From the IMG/VR virus record IMGVR_UViG_3300017978_000526, positions 1 through 33,747 of that record: a DNA stretch of 33,747 nt; one strand, 5' to 3'. Every line of letters starts with the position of its first letter. Position 1 is the first letter of the stretch. Shown here piece after piece: positions 9,809 through 16,909 of the stretch. Under the pieces are notes generated by a model. It made no database searches. It was not told where the DNA came from and saw only the letters and a list, made by a program, of their open reading frames with translations. Position numbers and translations under genes: made by a program. Source of the DNA: a virus. Taxonomy: Duplodnaviria; Caudoviricetes.

Positions 9809-10351
9809 AACTGTTTTTGTTTCGGTTGAATCTGCGGAAAGGGCCGCAGTGCGTGCGGAGAGCGCCGCCACTGCCTCGCCGAATTCCATGCCGGCCACAT
9901 CGCCGCGCTGCGTGAGGGCCACGCTGGAAATCCACAAGGGGCGGCCATCGGCATCCAGGTGAACCACGGCGGAAACATCGGTATAGCTATCGGCATGGGC
10001 GGAGCCGTTGGCCGTGTAGGAAATAGCGGATAGATAAACTCCATCGCCGGGGATCACCTCGATCACTCCATTGCCAGGAGAGAGCCGGGGATCGGGAACA
10101 TAGTTCGGGTGACCCTTTACGGATTGGTGCTCGTAGTCCATCGGCACCCGGTCGCAGGCCACCAGCTCTTGATTTGCGGAGAGCGTCTGAGCGACTACCT
10201 CATCCACCAGAATACGGGCACCGGTAGTGCGGCCGATGTTTTCTCCCCATGAGAGAATTTTGGTGCGTTGCGGCAGTCCCGCATCGGCAGCGCCGCAGAA
10301 GGGCATCGCCATGGAGAGGACAGCTTTTTTTGCAACGGGTGCGTCGATCAC
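9353..10351 (-). CDS. Mu-like prohead protease gpI with C-terminal scaffold
   Basis: PMDYEHQS, YTDVSAV, SVALT motifs; C-terminal AVARQLGLTEEQY. Confidence 0.88.
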   Translation of the reverse strand: MIDAPVAKKAVLSMAMPFCGAADAGLPQRTKILSWGENIGRTTGARILVDEVVAQTLSANQELVACDRVPMDYEHQSVKGHPNYVPDPRLSPGNGVIEVIPGDGVYLSAISYTANGSAHADSYTDVSAVVHLDADGRPLWISSVALTQRGDVAGMEFGEAVAALSARTAALSADSTETKTVMQNEETNPFRDKLIKLLALTPGESGEISDEEIAKAIDDKLEAAGVAKPEGKTTEVALSARLDNIERNALVDRATREGKVIPLSAEEIESTPVAVLSSIISRLTPGEVNLAGSTQAKEKPAAKVVALSADEAAVARQLGLTEEQYRKANPKA

Positions 10352-10410
10352 GGCGCTAGATTGCCCGTGGGAAAGCCTTTCCTCAAAAAGCCGTGGGGCT
10401 CGTGGTGGGA
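10352..10410 (-). promoter_or_regulatory. Putative late promoter for the head-tail operon
   Basis: 29 bp box (10382-10410) matches 26659-26687 at 28/29; TTGAGG-17-CAATCT-6-GTG. Confidence 0.65.
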
Positions 10411-10441
10411 TGGGCTAGCGCGGAAATCACGCCAAAAACCC

Positions 10442-10861
10442 TCACAGCCCGCGCGTGCGCAGGCTAGCCTTGAGAGCCCTCTCCACCGCTACCTTGCCCA
10501 GCATCGTGATTTGGCCGGAGGGATAGAACGGCAAGAATGGCCGGGCCGGAATGCCGCCTCTGCCCAGCTGGTGAGTGGCCGCGTATTTCCGATCCGAGCC
10601 GATCATCACCGTATCATTCGTGATGCCGATCACTCGGATGCTCTTGCGGAGCGTGGTGGATTTCTGGAGTAAGGCGTGAGGCTTGGCATCCTTGCGCGGT
10701 GCCCAATACTGAGCCCGTTTCGCAGGGTCCGTGAATGCCTGGATGGAGATCGCTTTGATGGCTTGTCCCATCGCACCCAGCAATGGCCGCTTATCTGCTA
10801 CCGCTGCCGCGCGCCGGCGCAGGTCGGGAGATATGCCATCGGTGATGCGGATGAGGCTCAT
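10442..10861 (-). CDS. Mu gpG-like virion morphogenesis protein
   Basis: LLQKSTTLRKSI, IGSDRKYAATHQLG, IPARPFLP motifs. Confidence 0.88.
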   Translation of the reverse strand: MSLIRITDGISPDLRRRAAAVADKRPLLGAMGQAIKAISIQAFTDPAKRAQYWAPRKDAKPHALLQKSTTLRKSIRVIGITNDTVMIGSDRKYAATHQLGRGGIPARPFLPFYPSGQITMLGKVAVERALKASLRTRGL

Positions 10862-10884
10862 GATTTACACGGGGAGCTTGATCC

Positions 10885-11151
10885 CTATCCGAGCACGTTG
10901 TCGATGCGCATCTTGGCCGTGCCCTCGCGGGTGATCTCATAAGTGGCCCCGGATTGTTTCGCCTGGTGAGCCACTACCTCCTCGATCCGATCCGCACTCC
11001 CAAGCATCGTGGGCAGGCTGCCACTTCGCAGGGCGAATGCAGCGCGGTTGCCAAGCCAGGAGGTTTCCACTGGCCAGCTGGTATCCAGATACTTGGCCGT
11101 GAATCGGGCGCCCGCCCCTTCTTTTCGGAGTTCTACGGTGATGATCATCAT
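10885..11151 (-). CDS. Small protein, candidate immunity partner of MuF
   Basis: 88 aa; ATGA overlap with the MuF stop. Confidence 0.5.
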   Translation of the reverse strand: MMIITVELRKEGAGARFTAKYLDTSWPVETSWLGNRAAFALRSGSLPTMLGSADRIEEVVAHQAKQSGATYEITREGTAKMRIDNVLG

Positions 11152-12749
11152 GGCGTGGGAGGGTTGGGGATGTTGTCAAAAAACGAATGCACCAGGGCGA
11201 ATGTCTCGCGGTTCTCTTTCGCGTGATCGTGCTCCTCGGGATTCATGATCGTGGTGATGGTCTCCGGCGTTTCCCATAACTCATAGTAACGCGTGGGCAC
11301 TTCCAGCCCGCCGGGCTTGCCCTTCTCGAATCCATACTCGCGGCCCGCGTAGAGGTCCCACCACTTATCCCGGCGATATCCGCCGATGAGGGTATCCCCC
11401 GCAGTGCGTGCGGCGTAGTGATCGGCAATCGCCTGGCGATACGCCTTGGCAGCCTCGCCCCGGGAACTCATGTGAGCCCAGTGCATCAATTCATGCGACA
11501 ACACGCGGCGCAGCTCGCGGCGGCGTGCTTCGCCCTTCACGCCCTTGAATCCGAGCGTGGCAGTAGTCACGCGGGCCGTGTGAGTGCGCGGATCATAGTC
11601 GCCATTTGCTCCGCCGATTTCATGGTCCACAATCTTGATGGTCACCTTGGGCAGGCTCTCGGCCATCGCCCGGGGCATGATGCCCAGGAGATCGGAAACA
11701 ATCCGGCGGATCTCTTTTTCCGTGAGGGCTCCACGGCTACGGGCCCCGATGATTTTCTCCACCTTTTCAGATTCCTTCACGGGATCGGCCACGCGCAGGG
11801 ATGCCTTGAGATTGGCAATGTCCTTGCGGTCCCACTTATCCTTGGTGTCCAGGCGCAGGGCAGAGATGGCAGCGGCAAACGTATCCGGCCTGGTCACCCC
11901 TGGCAGTCGCGGGCCTTGCGTCGGGGCGGCTCCGTTGAAATAACTCAGCAGGTCCCGGCCACTCTCGATTTCCATGTTGGATGCCCATGCCTGGAAGTCT
12001 GCGGCGGTGGTCGGGTCCCAGCGTTTTTTGATCTCCTCATAGGGCAAGCTCGCATCGCGTGCGGACCATTCATAAGTGCCTCCCCGCTCCTTGGGTGTGC
12101 GCACATCCACATTGGTAGAGAGCCCGCGATTGAGAGATCCGGTTTCGAGTTGTTTGAGGTTCGGCCCTTCCAGCACGCGGCGGTTTTCCGGCGCGCGGGG
12201 TTGATCTTTTGCATACTCCTCATCGCGCTCCTCTTCCGTCATCTCCACCACCTGGCAGCGGCAATTCCATTCCCATGGCGGAGTGTGCTTTTGCCAAAAT
12301 GGATGATTGGCCGGAAGGATGATCTCATTGAGGGCACGATGGCTGGCGCGGACCTTGCCATCCTTGGTGCTGAGGTATTGGCGAAAAGGGAACACATCCG
12401 CCATCTCATCCATGATGCGGGCCTGGGTGGCCGAGTAAGCGGCAAACGCATGATGAGAGAGCAAGAGCTGCGCACGCGCTGCGGCAGCCTCCGGCGTAAA
12501 CCATGGGGAAATCTTGGCCATCACCTCGCCCTTCACCTCATCCCAATCCGCACCGGCAGGAATCTTCGCGATCTCATCCCGCACGCCCTTGAGCACATCG
12601 TGATCCTCAATGCCGGTGATGGTAAACGCACGGGATTTGAGTTCATCGGGCAGCTGGTCAAACACATCACGCGCCACCGCTGGCTTGTCTGCAATCGCGC
12701 GGCGAGCGGTATCATGAGGGACGGGGCGAGTGACGTAGGCGGGCTGCAT
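11148..12749 (-). CDS. MuF (gp30-like) minor head protein with C-terminal HExxH metallopeptidase-like domain
   Basis: RAFTITG, DGKVRASHRAL, HPFWQKHTPPWEWNCRCQV; C-terminal VLSHELMHWAH. Confidence 0.88.
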   Translation of the reverse strand: MQPAYVTRPVPHDTARRAIADKPAVARDVFDQLPDELKSRAFTITGIEDHDVLKGVRDEIAKIPAGADWDEVKGEVMAKISPWFTPEAAAARAQLLLSHHAFAAYSATQARIMDEMADVFPFRQYLSTKDGKVRASHRALNEIILPANHPFWQKHTPPWEWNCRCQVVEMTEEERDEEYAKDQPRAPENRRVLEGPNLKQLETGSLNRGLSTNVDVRTPKERGGTYEWSARDASLPYEEIKKRWDPTTAADFQAWASNMEIESGRDLLSYFNGAAPTQGPRLPGVTRPDTFAAAISALRLDTKDKWDRKDIANLKASLRVADPVKESEKVEKIIGARSRGALTEKEIRRIVSDLLGIMPRAMAESLPKVTIKIVDHEIGGANGDYDPRTHTARVTTATLGFKGVKGEARRRELRRVLSHELMHWAHMSSRGEAAKAYRQAIADHYAARTAGDTLIGGYRRDKWWDLYAGREYGFEKGKPGGLEVPTRYYELWETPETITTIMNPEEHDHAKENRETFALVHSFFDNIPNPPTP

Positions 12750-12751
12750 GG

Positions 12752-12899
12752 CTAGGCGAGTTTGCGGAATGGGGTGATGATATCAGATTGCTGCATGGCT
12801 CTATCAAGCGGGCTTTGCACAGTATTGGAGCCTGCGGTGTGCAAGTAAAGCGCGGTGGTCTCGATGCTCGTGTGTCCCATTTGCTCTTGGATCACTTTG
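12752..12899 (-). pseudogene. C-terminal 48 aa remnant of an integron-integrase-like tyrosine recombinase
   Basis: KVIQEQMGHTSIETTALYLHTAGSNTVQSPLD resembles the IntI end TVQELLGHSDVSTTMIYTHV...VRSPLD; truncated exactly at a G|TT. Confidence 0.75.
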
Positions 12900-13201
12900 T
12901 TCTGCCGAGGATCGAGCGCCCACTCTGGTTTGAAGGATCGACCGTCCACATACTCGCGGAGGTTTTTCGCCCGGATCATGCGATAAACACACCCGCAGTT
13001 TGAGTATTCGGCGTAGTCGTTGGCTTCGTTTTGGAGGATGGCGTTTTGCGCTCGGGTGCAGTGATCCCAGCGCGGATTGGAGACGATTTTCCACCGTTCC
13101 CCGTCGCGGAGTTTCGTCACAATCACCCGGAAGAATGGCAGAACAAGTCGCTCCTGAGCAACCGCGCCCGCCGTGTTATTTGAGTCTGATTTTGATTTCA
13201 T
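12752..13201 (-). CDS. Cassette 1 protein fused in frame to the integrase remnant
   Basis: ATG 13201 lies in the attC1 loop; codon 101 is the crossover AAC. Confidence 0.6.
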   Translation of the reverse strand: MKSKSDSNNTAGAVAQERLVLPFFRVIVTKLRDGERWKIVSNPRWDHCTRAQNAILQNEANDYAEYSNCGCVYRMIRAKNLREYVDGRSFKPEWALDPRQNKVIQEQMGHTSIETTALYLHTAGSNTVQSPLDRAMQQSDIITPFRKLA

Positions 13202-13258
13202 AGATTTGTGAGTTGCGGCACGCGCTCTCGGCGCGGTGCCAGAGCTAGGCGTTAGCCG
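13137..13258 (+). repeat. attC-type site 1
   Basis: GGCAGAAC-AAGTC-GCTC[C]TG[A]GCA[A]CCGCGCC...GGCGCGGTGCCAGAGC-TAGGC-GTTAGCCG; 3 extrahelical bases. Confidence 0.88.
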
Positions 13259-13532
13259 GAGAATGAGCAGGGCACTTGCCTCCCCATGCTTTCGCGCCGG
13301 GATGCGACGAGTGAGAGCACTTGTAGGCGTTGTTCCAGTGGTCCCAGACGGGTGTGCATCCGTCCTCGCGGGGGACAGGTTCCCAGCGTCGGTGACAGCA
13401 GCGGCACTCGGCCCACGTTCCACCGTCAGCGTATTTCCCGCGCTCCAGATCGTGACCCGACCACCAGCACCGAAGACGGCTAACAAGGCGTGGCTGGAGC
13501 AACGCGGCCCCGGTGTGTGTTTGATTATCCAT
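13245..13532 (-). CDS. Cassette 2 Cys/His-rich small protein
   Basis: 95 aa with CWWSGH and CRCCH; starts in attC2 and stops in attC1. Confidence 0.65.
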   Translation of the reverse strand: MDNQTHTGAALLQPRLVSRLRCWWSGHDLERGKYADGGTWAECRCCHRRWEPVPREDGCTPVWDHWNNAYKCSHSSHPGAKAWGGKCPAHSPANA

Positions 13533-13603
13533 GGTAGTTACTGAGGTTTGAGAGTGGTTGGAGTGGCGCTCTCGCCGCGTGCCAGCACATCGGCGTTCGG
13601 TGG
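13477..13603 (+). repeat. attC-type site 2
   Basis: CGGCTAAC-AAGGC-GTG[G]CTGG[AG]CA[A]CGCGGC...GCCGCGTGCCAGCAC-ATCGGC-GTTCGGTGG. Confidence 0.88.
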
Positions 13604-13918
13604 ATTAAATTCGCGGCCACACAGCATGCACTTGCCACGATCCGCATACCGCAGGTGATCGTCCGGCGTGCAGTATGGACCACATTCGGTTCCCACTGCC
13701 CTCTGTTGCGCTTCCGTAAGCGGATGGCGCTCCGTTGGTTTCGCTTGCCGCCAGAGACGGCATTCAGTGGCGCACCCATCGTCGCAGATGTGCATAGGGT
13801 TGTTTTTGCAGGGTGTTGGCTTGTGATACGGCTGATATTCATCCGGCGAATCGTGCCACTCGTAAGCGCCCGGTTCATCGACTCCATCATCTAGCTCTAT
13901 TCCGTTTACGATTCTCAT
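13538..13918 (-). CDS. Cassette 3 second gene, Cys-rich hypothetical protein
   Basis: Start revised to ATG 13918 (ATGA overlap); ends NADVLARGESATPTTLKPQ inside attC2. Confidence 0.65.
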   Translation of the reverse strand: MRIVNGIELDDGVDEPGAYEWHDSPDEYQPYHKPTPCKNNPMHICDDGCATECRLWRQAKPTERHPLTEAQQRAVGTECGPYCTPDDHLRYADRGKCMLCGREFNPPNADVLARGESATPTTLKPQ

Positions 13919-14163
13919 GGTTTTGGTTGGTATTTGAGTCCTTTCAGCGCAAGCCCGAAGCGGGCGCGTATGATTTTTCCGCAGCGGTGGCAGGCGCATT
14001 CCACACCTTCATCCGTGCGCGTCATCAGTGATTTTCCATTGCGGTCGCACGGATACACTGCGTGACCGACTAGTCCGCACACGAACCACCGAACAAGACA
14101 GTGGACAGGAATCACCATGAGCGGTGATGTCCTGCGTGATTGACTGGCCGTGTCCTCGCTCAT
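13915..14163 (-). CDS. Cassette 3 first gene, Zn-ribbon-like protein
   Basis: CGLVGH...CHRCGK; starts in attC3. Confidence 0.6.
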   Translation of the reverse strand: MSEDTASQSRRTSPLMVIPVHCLVRWFVCGLVGHAVYPCDRNGKSLMTRTDEGVECACHRCGKIIRARFGLALKGLKYQPKP

Positions 14164-14191
14164 GGTGATCCGTCACTTTTTGCGTTCAGCC
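14086..14191 (+). repeat. attC-type site 3
   Basis: CCACCGAAC-AAGAC-AGTG[G]AC[A]GGA[A]TCACCATGAGCG...CGCTCATGGTGATCCGTCACT-TTTTGC-GTTCAGCC. Confidence 0.92.
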
Positions 14192-14702
14192 GAGAGATTT
14201 GATACAGCGCCATGAGCGCCGCCCCGAGCGGGGAGAAGTATTGGAGATCATAGACCGCAACCCCGAGTCCTTCATTCCACGTCGTTGGGGCGTCATTGGA
14301 TAGCAGCACCACGCCAGCGTCTTCGCCTTCGGTGACGATGACTTTTTCCATGGCATCCCCGATTTTCTGGAGTCGTGCCTCCAGTCGGTCGATGTCGTTT
14401 TTCAGTCGTTCCCGATGACAAATAAGATGGCGGATTTGCTCATCGCGAGCCGCGATTTTTTGTTCGGGCGTTTCCGTTTGTGCAAGATTATTGGTGATAT
14501 CCTGCCAATAAGCATTCAGCACGCAGCCCGTGGCTTGAGCGTTGTTGTCGTAGTGGAGTTCCACTTCGGAGGATGACCAGATTGGATCATCTCCATCCCG
14601 GTCGATTTGGAGCGTGACAGGGATCTGGTGCGGGATTTGCCCGCATTCGAGCGCGTACTCGATGGCGCGATCTAATTCTTCTTTAAGTTGTTGCAGGTCC
14701 AT
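14160..14702 (-). CDS. Cassette 4 hypothetical protein
   Basis: 180 aa; ends NAKSDGSP inside attC3. Confidence 0.7.
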   Translation of the reverse strand: MDLQQLKEELDRAIEYALECGQIPHQIPVTLQIDRDGDDPIWSSSEVELHYDNNAQATGCVLNAYWQDITNNLAQTETPEQKIAARDEQIRHLICHRERLKNDIDRLEARLQKIGDAMEKVIVTEGEDAGVVLLSNDAPTTWNEGLGVAVYDLQYFSPLGAALMALYQISRLNAKSDGSP

Positions 14703-15007
14703 GGTTGGCTTATTTTATCGTTCTGCCGAGAGAATCTATACCATCCTCGGGCGTTGTATTGGTTGGTTCGATGTTCGAGATACCCCTTCTGGCAGAGCGC
14801 CCTGAAATAGTTCATGGCGGCATTTTGCGAAGAGCTTCCAAGGAATTCTTGCAGCTCGTAGCTTGATGGCAGCCGATCTTCGGCCTCATGGAATTTCTTC
14901 AGGAACTCCATCACCGCAACTTGCTTGCCCGTCAAAAGAGGCTGAACAAGACGGTGGACGGAATCGCCCATCTGCGGGCTGTCAGCGGTTGTTGGTGGCA
15001 GTGGCAT
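14672..15007 (-). CDS. Stand-alone LexA-type winged-helix DNA-binding protein
   Basis: LTGKQVAVMEFL...LPSSYELQEFLGSSSQNAAMNYFRALCQKGYLE resembles the LexA N-domain; no peptidase domain. Confidence 0.75.
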   Translation of the reverse strand: MPLPPTTADSPQMGDSVHRLVQPLLTGKQVAVMEFLKKFHEAEDRLPSSYELQEFLGSSSQNAAMNYFRALCQKGYLEHRTNQYNARGWYRFSRQNDKISQPWTCNNLKKN

Positions 15008-15062
15008 TATCGTGTCGGTTGAGTGTTAGTGCCGGGCGATCCGTCACCTTGGACGTTGAGTG
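14940..15062 (+). repeat. attC-type site 4
   Basis: GGCTGAAC-AAGAC-GGTG[G]ACGGA[A]TCGCCC...GGGCGATCCGTCACC-TTGGAC-GTTGAGTG. Confidence 0.9.
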
Positions 15063-15087
15063 GACCGAAAACGGCCCTTTTAAAAAA

Positions 15088-15139
15088 TACGCACGTTTGC
15101 GTAAATAGTTGTTGACCTTTACGCAGTATTGCGTAAGTT
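15088..15139 (+). promoter_or_regulatory. Cassette 5 promoter with two palindromic operators
   Basis: TTGACC (15112)-16 bp-TAAGTT (15134); TACGCA-N4-TGCGTA at 15088-15103 and 15120-15135. Confidence 0.7.
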
Positions 15140-15183
15140 GTCCTCGTCAGCGGCAATGAGGCCAACGACCAACTACTAAGACA

Positions 15184-15375
15184 ATGACCACTACCACCAT
15201 CACCACCTCCGCCACCCTCTTCGACGCCCAAGGCTACATCCAGCAGCACGGCGTTGAGATCAGCGACCACGGCGACACCATCGGCATCAACGGCAGCGAG
15301 CACCTCAAGTCTGACCTCATCATTGAGGACAACAAGATCACCTCCACCCTCGCTGGTTGGGAACTCACTTGGTAA
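15184..15375 (+). CDS. Cassette 5 small hypothetical protein
   Basis: 63 aa with strong C-ending codon bias, downstream of the promoter. Confidence 0.65.
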   Translation: MTTTTITTSATLFDAQGYIQQHGVEISDHGDTIGINGSEHLKSDLIIEDNKITSTLAGWELTW

Positions 15376-15378
15376 GCC

Positions 15379-15612
15379 ATGAGAGTGACGACCAACCACA
15401 GCGCGTCGTCCTACGGGCAGCCCGTCATCCTCGCGGATGACGGGTCGCTTATGGACTACGCCCCAGGGATCAAGGCCATCCGCTCCAAGCTCGGCTGGAG
15501 CACTCAGCAGCTGGCCGACGCGTGCGGCGTCTCCCGTCGCACCGTCGAGGGCTGGGAGCAAGACCGGACGCCCACAGCGGCGGCTCTCAACGTCATGGCC
15601 TCGCTCGTCTAG
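15379..15612 (+). CDS. XRE/Cro-type HTH protein
   Basis: IKAIRSKLGWSTQQLADACGVSRRTVEGWEQDRTP. Confidence 0.85.
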   Translation: MRVTTNHSASSYGQPVILADDGSLMDYAPGIKAIRSKLGWSTQQLADACGVSRRTVEGWEQDRTPTAAALNVMASLV

Positions 15613-15620
15613 CAAAAAGA

Positions 15621-15725
15621 CACTCAACAAGGCACGGCAGGACAACCGCCATGAGCGGTCAAGTCCTCCGTGCTTTTTTACGTCCAGTGCGCTCATGTCG
15701 GTGTCTGCGTTTTATCGTTCGGTGG
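15621..15725 (+). repeat. attC-type site 5
   Basis: CACTCAAC-AAGGC-ACG[G]CAG[G]ACA[A]CCGCCATGAGCG...CGCTCATGTCGGTGTCTGCGT-TTTATC-GTTCGGTGG. Confidence 0.88.
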
Positions 15726-15947
15726 ATTTATTTTCTCCATCACGGTGCCGTTGCATCCGGTCCATCCGCACGCGGTCGGCAGTTCATCTCGGGGGAACTC
15801 GGCCATATCGCGGCAGGTGTCGCATTGAGCAATCACCACCGAACCAGCCGTGGGATGCAACCGATCCTCGGCTTCTCTTTCGCGCATATCGTCCACAATG
15901 CTTTCCATCTGGTTTGACCATTTCTCGGTGTCTCGGCGCGTGCTCAT
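15693..15947 (-). CDS. Cassette 6 small Zn-binding-like protein
   Basis: CDTC...CGWTGC; ATGA overlaps at both ends, inside attC5 and attC6. Confidence 0.6.
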   Translation of the reverse strand: MSTRRDTEKWSNQMESIVDDMREREAEDRLHPTAGSVVIAQCDTCRDMAEFPRDELPTACGWTGCNGTVMEKINPPNDKTQTPT

Positions 15948-15990
15948 TTGCTTTCCTTTCTCATCGGTGCATCCACATCAGCGTTCGGAG
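15836..15990 (+). repeat. attC-type site 6
   Basis: CCACCGAAC-CAGCC-GTG[G]GATGCA[A]CCGAT...ATCGGTGCATCCAC-ATCAGC-GTTCGGAG. Confidence 0.85.
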
Positions 15991-16225
15991 GAATTGGCGC
16001 TTCGAAGTGCGGGCAGATCACAGCGGCCTTGAGCGGCATCACAGCGTTTCGATGGAGGAAGATCGTCATGTCCACTACTTGGGGCGCTCGCTCGCGTGGG
16101 TAGCGGCAGCGGACCGTTGCGGTCAGGTGCGTCATGTATTCCGCGTGGTGGCGGCATTGCAGGCACGAAGACGGAGAACAAGGGGCTGATGCCCGACCCT
16201 CAATAGCTGTGCTGTTAATTTCCAA
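15944..16225 (-). CDS. Cassette 7 Cys-rich protein (start possibly disrupted)
   Basis: CLQCRH...CPHFE; TTG start lies at a rearrangement junction. Confidence 0.5.
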   Translation of the reverse strand: MEINSTAIEGRASAPCSPSSCLQCRHHAEYMTHLTATVRCRYPRERAPQVVDMTIFLHRNAVMPLKAAVICPHFEAPIPPNADVDAPMRKESK

Positions 16226-16341
16226 GGCGTGGCTGGAGCAACGCGGCCCCGGTGTGTGTTTGACTATCCATGGTAGTTACTGAGGTTTGAGAGTGGTTGG
16301 AGTGGCGCTCTCGCCGCGTGCCAGCACATCGGCGTTAGCCT
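16172..16341 (+). repeat. Composite attC-type site 7 containing a 114 bp copy of attC2
   Basis: Orphan left arm CGGAGAAC-AAGGG..., then 16223-16336 equals 13484-13597 with one mismatch. Confidence 0.8.
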
Positions 16342-16909
16342 GACTGGATTTAAGCATCCGGCGCACGACCTTGCAGATGGTCATGGGCAGTTTCTCGCCA
16401 CTGTCCATCATTGGCCTTCCATCGGCCATGACGATTTCCACCAGGTGCTTTCCGTCGTCGCATTTGCGGACGCTCCACGTTTTGATTTTGTCGGCCAGTT
16501 CCTCGAACAGCCGGATTGCGCAGTGGAGATTCTCGGATCGTCCGTAGCACACGCGTTTGATTTGATAGGACACCACCGGGCGGAAGTCATCGGCGGTTGC
16601 ATCGGCGGGCAGTCCGTATTGTTTGCGGATCTCGCGCGCCCAGTTCTCCCACATCTGCGGCCACAGCGATTCCTTCTTTTTCCGGGAGTTGAGCAGGCGG
16701 ACCATGGATTCGGTTCGCTCGCGTTCACGGGGCGAATCGTAGGGCGTGCCGAATCGCTCGAATTGCACTCCATTGAAGCACAGGACGATGAAGTCGGCGG
16801 ATTTCTCACCGAGCAATTCGGTGAGTTCGTAGTCGATTGGGTTTCCGGAGATGGTGAGTTCAGGTTCCATTTTTTCGGGCGTTTGGGGTAATTCGGGCAA
16901 GGCTAACAT
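16277..16909 (-). CDS. Cassette 8 hypothetical protein
   Basis: 210 aa; ends NADVLARGESATPTTLKPQ. Confidence 0.7.
   Translation of the reverse strand: MLALPELPQTPEKMEPELTISGNPIDYELTELLGEKSADFIVLCFNGVQFERFGTPYDSPRERERTESMVRLLNSRKKKESLWPQMWENWAREIRKQYGLPADATADDFRPVVSYQIKRVCYGRSENLHCAIRLFEELADKIKTWSVRKCDDGKHLVEIVMADGRPMMDSGEKLPMTICKVVRRMLKSSQANADVLARGESATPTTLKPQ

Noticed and set aside
1497-12755. Long + strand ORFs (e.g. 1497-2546, 4205-5125, 5369-6541, 11418-12755)
   Set aside because: Antisense shadows of recognisable - strand genes in GC-rich DNA.
12752-13486. 244 aa ORF as a single intact integrase
   Set aside because: The upstream part overlaps the cassette 2 gene and attC1 and lacks recombinase motifs; only the last 48 aa are integrase-like.
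13137-16341. CRISPR array or DGR template/variable repeat explanation for the repeats
   Set aside because: Units are divergent hairpins separated by gene-sized segments; no cas or reverse transcriptase gene; the 114 bp pair differs at one base only.
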